Shown: positions 50,070 through 58,287 of the stretch, piece after piece
Layout of the letters: each line of letters starts with the position of its first letter
Numbering within the stretch: position 1 is the stretch's first letter
The notes under the pieces: model-generated
Databases searched by the model: none
The model's input: the letters and a program-made list of their open reading frames with translations, nothing else
What the model was told of the DNA's origin: nothing
NCBI GenBank assembly: GCA_036918135.1
Contig: JBALDB010000046.1
Span: 1 to 64,000 of the forward strand
Reading direction: 5' to 3'
From: Nostoc sp.
GTDB taxonomy: Bacteria; Cyanobacteriota; Cyanobacteriia; Cyanobacteriales; Nostocaceae
DNA: 64,000 nucleotides
Made by a program: the position numbers and the translations under genes

Positions 50070-51641
50070 ATGGAAAATCGAATTCTTTACGTTCGCCTTC
50101 CTTGTAACCCCATCTTTCCCATTGGGGTTGTCTACCTGAGCGATCATATTCATAAGCAATTTCCCAACATTGAACAGCGGATCTTTGATTTGGGAACGGT
50201 ACCACCTTTAGACTACACCTCAGCTTTAGATAGGTGTATCGATGAATTTAAACCTACACTGCTAGTATTTTCTTGGCGGGATATTCAAATTTATGCCCCA
50301 GTCGGCGGACGTGGCGGTAATCCCTTACAAAACGCTTTTGAATTTTACTATGCCAAGAATCCTTTATTAAAACTACGTGGGGCATTAGGCGGTTTGCGAA
50401 TCTTCATTGCTTACTATGTAGAGCTGTGGCGTAATCAGGGCTTGATCAAACGTGGTTTAAAGCGTGCCCAAAAATATAATTCTCATGCCCGTACAGTTGT
50501 AGGTGGTGGTGCAGTCAGCGTATTTTACGAACAGTTGGGAAAAAGCTTACCCCAAGGGACAATTATTTCTGTAGGTGAAGGGGAAACTCTGCTAGAAAAA
50601 CTTTTAAGTGGCAGAGAGTTTCGAGATGAACGCTGTTATGTTGTGGGAGAAACTCAACCACGAAAACGGCTAATTCACGAACAACCCACTCCCCTAGAAA
50701 AAACAGCTTGCGACTACGACTATATCGAAAGTATCTGGCCGGAATTTAATTATTATCTGCAAGAGCAAGACTTTTATATAGGTGTACAAACTAAGCGTGG
50801 TTGTCCGCACAACTGTTGTTATTGTGTTTATACGGTTGTCGAAGGTAAACAAGTACGCATAAATCCAGCAGATGAAGTAGTTGCCGAGATGCGCCAATTA
50901 TACGATCGCGGCATTCGCAACTTTTGGTTTACCGACGCCCAATTCATCCCCGCACGCAAATTTATCGATGATGCAATAGAACTCTTGCAAAAAATCGTCG
51001 ATTCTGGTATGAGAGACATCCACTGGGCAGCTTATATTCGAGCTGACAATTTGACACCAGAATTGTGTGAGTTGATGGCAAAAACCGGGATGAACTACTT
51101 TGAAATTGGGATTACTAGTGGTTCTCAAGAACTCGTACGGAAAATGCGGATGGGGTACAACCTCCGAACCGTCTTACAAAACTGTCGTGATTTAAAAGCA
51201 GCGGGTTTTAACGACTTGGTTTCAGTCAACTACTCCTTTAACGTTATTGACGAACGTCCCGAAACCATTCGCCAAACCATTGCTTACCACCGAGAACTAG
51301 AACGAATTTTTGGTGCTGATAAAGTCGAACCTGCCATCTTCTTTATTGGACTGCAACCCCATACCCATTTAGAAGAATATGCCTTCAAACAGGGCATCCT
51401 CAAACCAGGGTATAATCCAATGAGCTTAATGCCGTGGACAGCTAAAAAACTCCTTTGGAACCCCGAACCCCTTGGTTCATTCTTTGGGGAAGTCTGTTTA
51501 CAAGCTTGGCGACAAAACCCCAACGACTTCGGGCGCGAAGTCATGAATATTTTAGAAGAAAAACTGGGTTGTGCCGACTTAGAAGCAGCACTTTCTTCAC
51601 CAATAGAGAGGAAAGAAAAACAGCTAGCAGGTGTATCTTAG
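50070..51641 (+). CDS. B12-binding-type radical SAM protein (photosystem II high-light acclimation family)
   Basis: LPCNPIFPIGVVYL, TKRGCPHNCCYC (CX3CX2C), FWFTD. Confidence 0.88.
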   Translation: MENRILYVRLPCNPIFPIGVVYLSDHIHKQFPNIEQRIFDLGTVPPLDYTSALDRCIDEFKPTLLVFSWRDIQIYAPVGGRGGNPLQNAFEFYYAKNPLLKLRGALGGLRIFIAYYVELWRNQGLIKRGLKRAQKYNSHARTVVGGGAVSVFYEQLGKSLPQGTIISVGEGETLLEKLLSGREFRDERCYVVGETQPRKRLIHEQPTPLEKTACDYDYIESIWPEFNYYLQEQDFYIGVQTKRGCPHNCCYCVYTVVEGKQVRINPADEVVAEMRQLYDRGIRNFWFTDAQFIPARKFIDDAIELLQKIVDSGMRDIHWAAYIRADNLTPELCELMAKTGMNYFEIGITSGSQELVRKMRMGYNLRTVLQNCRDLKAAGFNDLVSVNYSFNVIDERPETIRQTIAYHRELERIFGADKVEPAIFFIGLQPHTHLEEYAFKQGILKPGYNPMSLMPWTAKKLLWNPEPLGSFFGEVCLQAWRQNPNDFGREVMNILEEKLGCADLEAALSSPIERKEKQLAGVS

Positions 51642-51834
51642 AAAACACAAGAATGTGGGAATATTCAGAATTTGGAATTTCTCCCCCGTCTGTTGTTCAA
51701 CGTCCTCAGTGCCCACTGTACGCCTGTGGAGAAGCACAAGCTACGTGCAGCCTCTCCTTAAGGAAAAGTTTTGCTCAGCCCAAGCCCTTGCTCAAACTTC
51801 TCTGTGTGGTTCGTTTTCATCAAATCCTAAACTC

Positions 51835-53244
51835 ATGTTAGAAGGTTCAATTCTACAACAGCTGCAAACAGCCCATCGCCACAGTACCAGGCCAATACGA
51901 TTCGGGGTGTACTACAAAAATACCCTAGTATCTCTCTGCCATGCCTTAGAAGACCATATCCTAGCAGATGACGATCGACCTTTAGCGATCGTAGCCTTCC
52001 AACAGGGTAAATGGTATCTGCAAGAAGCCGGGCGATATGCAGACATTGCCCAACGCAGCCACAAAATTGCAATCATGGCTGCCCCTGACGCTGGCTTTGC
52101 CGAACATCCGACAAGCCTTCTACCCAATGTAGACTTAGTAGCATTAGATCCAGCAGATCCAGTAGCACAAGAGTGGCACTTAATTATTTTGTCGCCAGGC
52201 TACACAGCAATGGTAATTTGTCAAGAGCTATCGGCAGCTGATTATGGTAGCAGTGGAATACCGACATCAGACTTAGAGCGCAAATTCTATGGCTTATGGA
52301 CGTTTGAGCCACAGTTAGTGCAAGAGACAGCAGAAATAGCGATCGCTCACATCAGCAAATATAACCCAGAACTGGCAAATAAACTCATTGCTGATAAACA
52401 GGCAATATCTACAACGGGCTACGCCTACGTATCATCTACTGCCAGATTAGAAAATTTGGGTGCAGTTGTCACTCGTGTAGTCGATTATCTCCAGACTGGG
52501 CAATACAATCTATCTATCCCCACAGCCCTTGGTCAACAAACCTTAGATCGCAACTTGGTTTCTAACGAAATCCAAGCATTTTTACGGATGGCGCAACTGT
52601 TAGATATAGCAGATGTGACTAATCCAATGGCAGCTGCGGAAGTAGTAGTACTTGCCGAGACCATCGCCCAACTTTTAGATCTTCCGGCATGGCAGATAAA
52701 AAGATTGCGCCTAGCGGCTTTGTTGCATCGCATAGATCCATTACAAAAAGCAGAAAGCGTTCTTAGTTCTGATAAAGTACCCACACATTCTCAACAAGAT
52801 GCCCCCAGTTGTCCTTTAATACCAGGGGCACAGGTATTGCGAACCATGCCACGACTGCGAGCAGTTGCCCAAATTATTACTCACCAAACAGAGTGGTGGA
52901 ATGGTAGAGGGGAACCAGCAGGCTTAGTTGGAGATGAGATTCCCCTAGAGTCGAGAATTTTGGCATTATTGGCAGACTTTCAATGGCGAGTAAATCAGCG
53001 AAAATCTTCAAATCAGAGTCGCCAAGAAATATTTACTCAAGCTTTAGATGAATGCAGACAGCAACAATCTACTCGCTTTGACCCTAAACTTGTAGATACC
53101 CTAGCTTTATTAGTCATGGGTTTACAACAGGGACTCGACTTACCCATAATGACACCCAAAGTTAGTAGTGGCGTCTGGCTACTCGATTCGCAATGGGATA
53201 GCCACAGCAAGACAAGTGAGGAAATTGGTAGTTACCCCAAATGA
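51835..53244 (+). CDS. DICT sensor domain plus degenerate HD-GYP domain protein
   Basis: YYKNTLVSLCHALED, AFQQ, QEWHL (DICT); LAALLHRID, HQTEWWNG.GEPAGL.G.EIP (HD-GYP-like). ATG 51835 preferred. Confidence 0.88.
   Translation: MLEGSILQQLQTAHRHSTRPIRFGVYYKNTLVSLCHALEDHILADDDRPLAIVAFQQGKWYLQEAGRYADIAQRSHKIAIMAAPDAGFAEHPTSLLPNVDLVALDPADPVAQEWHLIILSPGYTAMVICQELSAADYGSSGIPTSDLERKFYGLWTFEPQLVQETAEIAIAHISKYNPELANKLIADKQAISTTGYAYVSSTARLENLGAVVTRVVDYLQTGQYNLSIPTALGQQTLDRNLVSNEIQAFLRMAQLLDIADVTNPMAAAEVVVLAETIAQLLDLPAWQIKRLRLAALLHRIDPLQKAESVLSSDKVPTHSQQDAPSCPLIPGAQVLRTMPRLRAVAQIITHQTEWWNGRGEPAGLVGDEIPLESRILALLADFQWRVNQRKSSNQSRQEIFTQALDECRQQQSTRFDPKLVDTLALLVMGLQQGLDLPIMTPKVSSGVWLLDSQWDSHSKTSEEIGSYPK
52407..52427 (+). 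mobile_element. 21-nt SDR5-like insert in a decayed HIP1 site, in frame
   Basis: GCAAT|ATCTACAACGGGCTACGCCTA|CGT. Confidence 0.65.
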
Positions 53245-53879
53245 ATATTGAAGCTATCAGATTAGGAAAACTCAAACAACTTCCAGGGACAAATTTAGAA
53301 GACGAGGAACTTTCCCAACTAGATTTAAACCGAATTAATCTTGCTGGTGCTACCCTTGTCGGTGCTAATTTCGCTGCTTCTAAACTCGAAGGCGGGCATT
53401 TAGAAGGAGCGAATTTAATGGGAGCAAACCTCCAAGGAACTGACTTGCGGGCGAACCTCATGGGAGCAAACCTGATGCAAGCAGATTTAACTGGTGCTGA
53501 CTTACGGGGCAGTAATCTGCGAGGTGCTAACTTAATGGGAGCCAGACTCAGCGATGTATCTTTGGCAGGTGCTTTCCTCAGTGGTGCGAATTTGATGAAT
53601 GTAAATTTGCAAGGTGTGGACTTACGCGGTGCTGACTTGCGTGGTGCAAACCTGACTGGGGCAAATCTCAAAGGTGCAGACTTAAGTCGTGCTGATTTGC
53701 AAGGGGCATTATTGAGTGAAGCAAACCTGGAAGAAGCTGACTTGCGGGGGGCGAATTTGGCGGGGGCGAATTTTTCCGGAGCGAATTTGCTCTGTGCAGA
53801 GTTAGAAGGTGCGAATTTGAGCGGCGTTAATTTGGATAAGGCGTGTGTAGTGGGTACAGTGGTTGAGACGCGGGCGTAA
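53241..53879 (+). CDS. Pentapeptide repeat protein
   Basis: Continuous A(N/D)LxG repeats; overlaps the upstream gene's stop. Confidence 0.95.
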   Translation: MNIEAIRLGKLKQLPGTNLEDEELSQLDLNRINLAGATLVGANFAASKLEGGHLEGANLMGANLQGTDLRANLMGANLMQADLTGADLRGSNLRGANLMGARLSDVSLAGAFLSGANLMNVNLQGVDLRGADLRGANLTGANLKGADLSRADLQGALLSEANLEEADLRGANLAGANFSGANLLCAELEGANLSGVNLDKACVVGTVVETRA

Positions 53880-54102
53880 ATATTGCCCTAAAAAACCACC
53901 TATGGCGATTATTTGTATTTTTGAGGGCTACCCAGAATCACACCCGTTGCCCCACAAGTCCCAATCACCGCAATTATTCCCATGCTAACCGCGATCGCAA
54001 ATCGGCAATGGCAACAGTTCAAAGAACTGGAGGCAGATTCTTTATTACAGTATAGTATAGAGGTCTAGCAAGAGGTTTTTAATTTCCGTTTCAAGCTAAT
54101 AC

Positions 54103-54211
54103 TATAGCAGGAGGCAGGGGGCAGTTTTTGCTGGAGGCAGGAGGTAAAAACATTACTCTTCCTGACATTCGCGCTTGTTATTATGTCCTAACTTATATAA
54201 CTACGGCTATA
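54103..54211 (+). mobile_element. 109-bp MITE-like element, copy 2
   Basis: TATAGCAGGAGGCAGG...ATTATGTCCTAA...ACTACGGCTATA; inverted homolog of 31774-31882. Confidence 0.8.
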
Positions 54212-54520
54212 GATAAAGATTTTTACAGATGGCTACTTATCAAGTGGTATGGTATTTAGTAATGCAAGTGGGCAAAGTCCACCTATGTGTATTTCAAAAA
54301 TTAAATAAGAGTTTTATATCAACATCTAGTTAGAAACCATCTAAACTCAAGAATTTTAAGAAGATAGTGATTGACTGTTTTGACGCTGTTGTAAAAAGTT
54401 GTCAACATATTCTTCTGGGAAAATTTATTTTCCTAATACCAAAACGCATTTATTACCAACTATTGTTCTTGTGTCGGCTCCACAAGTGGTCAGTGTGTAT
54501 AGTAAGGTAATGCTATCTTA

Positions 54521-55351
54521 TCAAAGAGGCGATCGCTGAGATTGCCCCCGTATCCACAACGCCAGTATACTCATCAACAATACCCCCATCACTCCTTGTA
54601 AAGGATTGTTATTTATACCAGTTACCCAATCAGGAACTTGACCAGAATATTTGATTAGTTTCCCTACATTAATGATGTAATAACCCCACACTAAACCAGC
54701 ATGCAGACCAATTGGAAAACCTAAGCGTCCTCTACGCCAGCGCTTTCCCCATACCTGCGTTAACCCTAGCAATACTAAAGCTGGAAATTGTGGTAGTGTT
54801 TGAATAATTACCGACAACGGCTTAATAAAGTGCAATGTTGCAAATGTAATTGCATCTGTCCACAGCGCCACAGGCGGACTATAATCTCGTTGTAATTCAT
54901 CTAGCAACCAGCCTCGGAATAACAATTCCTCTGCAAAACCAATGCCTAAAGCGACAACCAAACCCTCTAAAATCACTTTCAGCAAGAAAACTTTCGGTTG
55001 CTGCCATACTAACCAACCCAAAAAGCCTTCTACCCCAAAAAGTATCAGAATGTTAATTATCCCTGTAGCCAAGCCATGCAGTAAATCCACACCGTTTTGC
55101 CGCGTGAATTTTAAGCCATAATGCCGAAGAATTTGGGGCTGCTGGTAAACATGCTTACCCCATAGTATCAGGAGAAAAATAAATATTACATATAACAACA
55201 CCAATGTCAATATACTTTCTAAGTTTGAATTATGCACTAGTAAGTATATTGGTGCAGCTAAGGGTAACCATAGCAGCAATAAAGTCACAATAAAACAGCC
55301 CAGCCTGATAGGGGCAGGGCTTTCGCCTAAACGGACAAGGTTTTTTTTCAT
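54521..55351 (-). CDS. CPBP (Abi/CAAX) intramembrane metalloprotease
   Basis: EELLFRG, F...H, PIGLHAG. Confidence 0.92.
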   Translation of the reverse strand: MKKNLVRLGESPAPIRLGCFIVTLLLLWLPLAAPIYLLVHNSNLESILTLVLLYVIFIFLLILWGKHVYQQPQILRHYGLKFTRQNGVDLLHGLATGIINILILFGVEGFLGWLVWQQPKVFLLKVILEGLVVALGIGFAEELLFRGWLLDELQRDYSPPVALWTDAITFATLHFIKPLSVIIQTLPQFPALVLLGLTQVWGKRWRRGRLGFPIGLHAGLVWGYYIINVGKLIKYSGQVPDWVTGINNNPLQGVMGVLLMSILALWIRGQSQRSPL

Positions 55352-55496
55352 ACTAAAAAGGTCAAAACAATTCGTAATTACAATTAGTAGCAGTTTTAAC
55401 TTTCCACTAAATTGTTGCTCGCTGAATTATTATTTAATGTTGCCTTTGTACGCTTTTTAATTACGAATTACGAATTACAAATTAGTAATTATTTGA

Positions 55497-55778
55497 CTAC
55501 TCATCAGGTTCAATTGTGCTACTTAAACCGTGACTTTTCAATGTTTCGCAATAGAACTCAGCATGTTCCTGAGCGCAAGTAATAACTAAAGCTAGCCCGT
55601 TAGTATGGGCTTCCATCATGATGCTAACAGCCTGAGGTTGGGTAAGGCTTGGCACAGTGGTTATTAGTACCTGTACCACGTACTCCATAGGGTTGTAGTC
55701 ATCGTTATGGAGCAAAACGCGGTACTGAGGCGCGAGCTTGCGGGATGTAGAACGCTTTTCAATGGTTTCAACTGACAC
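55497..55778 (-). CDS. clpS: ATP-dependent Clp protease adaptor
   Basis: YRVLLHNDDYNPMEYVV...MMEAH..G...AE. Confidence 0.95.
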   Translation of the reverse strand: MSVETIEKRSTSRKLAPQYRVLLHNDDYNPMEYVVQVLITTVPSLTQPQAVSIMMEAHTNGLALVITCAQEHAEFYCETLKSHGLSSTIEPDE

Positions 55779-56075
55779 TGCTCTTTGCTCTTTAATCGTT
55801 AATTCACTACAACAAAGCTTCTGTCTGGCGATCGCTTAACAGTTATTTACTTATTCTATAGTATTTCTTACCAGATACTACGCTACAAAAATCCTTTGCT
55901 GCTAAGGATTGGTCGTATTAGCTTTGCGTAGGCACTTGTGAGCCATATCTCTTAAGACATCACCACCGTAAGAGTGCTACCCTAATTTTACAGAAGCTTC
56001 CTTAAAGGTAGCGCATTCTCTACTTTTAAATCAAAAAAGTTAAAAACAATCCTTGTTACTGCCTAAACTGCCTTA

Positions 56076-56444
56076 ATGATGGACATGAGTCTAGATTTTC
56101 TTCAACCGGGACAAATAGTGTCTTTAAAGCATGGTGAGAGGAATCTATATGCAGAAGTCATTCAATTTGTAGCTTCCCGCCAGTTATGCTGGGTGCGTCC
56201 TTTATTAATGGTCTCCTTGATTGAAGACTCGCCCCTAATTACCGATTTGCGCCATGCATCTGACTTGCTTTGGCCTGCCGATTTATTTCAACCAGCTTTA
56301 GACACAGAAGTAATTACCTTATTGAGCCAAGTTTTAGCAAAACAACCAAAAACAGAGCTTGACTTAGCTGGCAAAGAGCAACTCAATCAGTTTATTCATC
56401 AACTTTGGCAAGCACATCAAGAAAAATTAGGAATTGGGGATTAG
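56076..56444 (+). CDS. Conserved hypothetical protein
   Basis: GQIV.L.....LYAEVIQ....CWVRPL...DLLWP..LF.PALDTE. Confidence 0.75.
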   Translation: MMDMSLDFLQPGQIVSLKHGERNLYAEVIQFVASRQLCWVRPLLMVSLIEDSPLITDLRHASDLLWPADLFQPALDTEVITLLSQVLAKQPKTELDLAGKEQLNQFIHQLWQAHQEKLGIGD

Positions 56445-56522
56445 GGATTGGGTACTGGGCATAGGGGATGAGGCATTGGACATAGTTGTCTTTCTCACCT
56501 TTTTTAATCCCCACTTTCTTGA

Positions 56523-56690
56523 TTACACTTCATGCATTATCTGAAGAATATGAGTAGGAGTCGGTTTATCTTGATCGCCAATAGCCATATTGATGATACC
56601 AACTCCCTTAGCAACGAGTTCATTGTATTTATGGATAATTTCAGCAAACAGATAGAGAGGAATTTTTTCTAGGCGTTTAGCGAACTGCAT
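56523..56690 (-). pseudogene. N-terminal fragment of a class I/II PLP aminotransferase (LL-DAP aminotransferase-like)
   Basis: Manual translation MQFAKRLEKIPLYLFAEIIHKYNELVAKGVGIINMAIGDQDKPTPTHILQIMHEV*; only 55 aa, with the G.PD motif decayed. Confidence 0.75.
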
Positions 56691-57127
56691 GGTGATTTAT
56701 TCGGAATGCACAATCTAGAGGCTCATTAGCATAGTTTACGCCACGTTCAAGAATTTAAATAATTAATCTCATTGAAAAATATAAGCAATAATATTACCTT
56801 ATTTATCTCTACTACCTTGATAAGATTATTTATAAAGTAAATTTTAAGTAAGAGTGTCAAATAACATGGTGTGTTAAAGGATATCTGTGTTTTTTAGGAC
56901 AAATGTCTCTTGATATGCACTTAAGATACTTTACAGTAATTTTTTACTCTTTTAAAGTTTGATTTCTCCAATCTTAGTCAAATTAACTCGATATCACCAA
57001 CCAAACCTCTATGTCCAAGTAACTAAAATTAACTAATTCTAGAGATTTTAGTTAAAAGTGTTAACTTATAGATAAGTTTTGTAGTTATTTATTCTATTTT
57101 CGTGACAAAACTTAATTATGAATTATT

Positions 57128-57328
57128 TTAATATCCCAGGCTAGAAACTAACTGAATTCGACCAGCATCCATCTCTGCCATTAATAATTCCAAAGCTTCG
57201 TAGTCAACATCAGAAATGTAACCGAGTTGAGTCAGTTCTGAATTGATTTCATTTTCTATCTCGGGAGTTAATTTTTTAATATCAAGAGCTTTTTCTACCA
57301 ATTTCCGAATAGCGTACCTAGTTCTCAT
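57128..57328 (-). CDS. Small conserved helical protein
   Basis: I..LVEKAL....LTPEIE.EI.......S..DY.AL..LM.....G.I pattern of small cyanobacterial proteins. Confidence 0.7.
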   Translation of the reverse strand: MRTRYAIRKLVEKALDIKKLTPEIENEINSELTQLGYISDVDYEALELLMAEMDAGRIQLVSSLGY

Positions 57329-57407
57329 AAGTAATAATCCAACTCTATAAGATATTAATTATTCAAAATAAAGCTAAGTATAAAAAGCGATCGAATACTA
57401 GTCAATT

Positions 57408-57423
57408 AGTGATATAGATCACA
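57408..57423. promoter_or_regulatory. CRP-type binding site
   Basis: AGTGA-TATAGA-TCACA (9 of 10 matches to TGTGA-N6-TCACA) between divergent genes. Confidence 0.5.
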
Positions 57424-57798
57424 ATTTAAATTAGTTTAGATAAATAATTTGTTGTGAGTTTGCTACATATTATCAGTAACAGTAAGGTGTGAGATTTAAC
57501 TTACTGTTAAAACTTGGCTAAATTAGCTTAAGTTATAGACTGGTCAAGTTTCCTCAGAAAAGTTACGGATAATTTTTCTGCTTTAACGCTGTCTATGTTG
57601 ATTGTTTTTGAACTAAGATAAAAAAAAAGTATATGTAAACACATTTTAAACTTGAATTATGACAATCTTTAAACTGACATCCTAAAGCAATAAAGATTCA
57701 GCAAAGAAACCTAAGACATATGGTCGATGCAACAGAAAAAAGTTTATGTTCAAATAATTCTTACTTTGACGCTTCAATAATTCTCATAGGATGTAACT

Positions 57799-58128
57799 AT
57801 GCAAGCAGTGCTTCAGTATCCCAAAATTGCAGTTATTCGACCCCAAGGCTGTTTGAATGCTGCAAACGCCTTGGAATTTGAACGAGATCTTACCAGTGGG
57901 GTAACAAAAAATGATATTTCCATTTTGGTAGTAGATCTAACGGCAGTAGAATCCTTAGATAGCACAGCCTTGATGGCACTGTTATCAGCACACAAGCTGG
58001 CTGTTAGTTTAGAAAGGAGTTTCCAACTTTGCAATGTCGCTCCCTCAATTCAAATTATTTTTGAACTAACGCAACTCGATAGGGTTTTTGAAATTTTAGA
58101 AAGTGAAGCTGAATTGTCTGCAACATAA
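57799..58128 (+). CDS. STAS domain anti-sigma factor antagonist
   Basis: G.LNAA.A...VVDL.AVESLDS.AL.AL...IFELTQLDRVFEI. Confidence 0.92.
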   Translation: MQAVLQYPKIAVIRPQGCLNAANALEFERDLTSGVTKNDISILVVDLTAVESLDSTALMALLSAHKLAVSLERSFQLCNVAPSIQIIFELTQLDRVFEILESEAELSAT

Positions 58129-58287
58129 ATTTATATATAAGCGATGTAATAATTAGCAAAGTTCGGTAAGGAGCGGACTTTATGTAAATAAGTTATAAGT
58201 TGCAACGAAAAACTTTGCGATCAGACTAAATTCAATGTTAAAGTTACGGTTGAGTAACTGTAATTAAAGTAGCTCGAAGATAGCATA

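Noticed and set aside
51631..51834. N-terminal extension of the DICT protein (similar extensions at 44323 and 47789)
   Set aside because: These read through repeat-rich intergenic DNA; downstream starts fit the families better.
53907..54025. Short hydrophobic minus-strand ORF remnant (FAIAVSMGIIAVIGTCGATGVILGSPQKYK)
   Set aside because: It is too short and has no clear start or recognisable family.
54521..55351. Abortive-infection defence gene
   Set aside because: The Abi label refers to the CPBP membrane protease family, and the context (next to clpS) is housekeeping.
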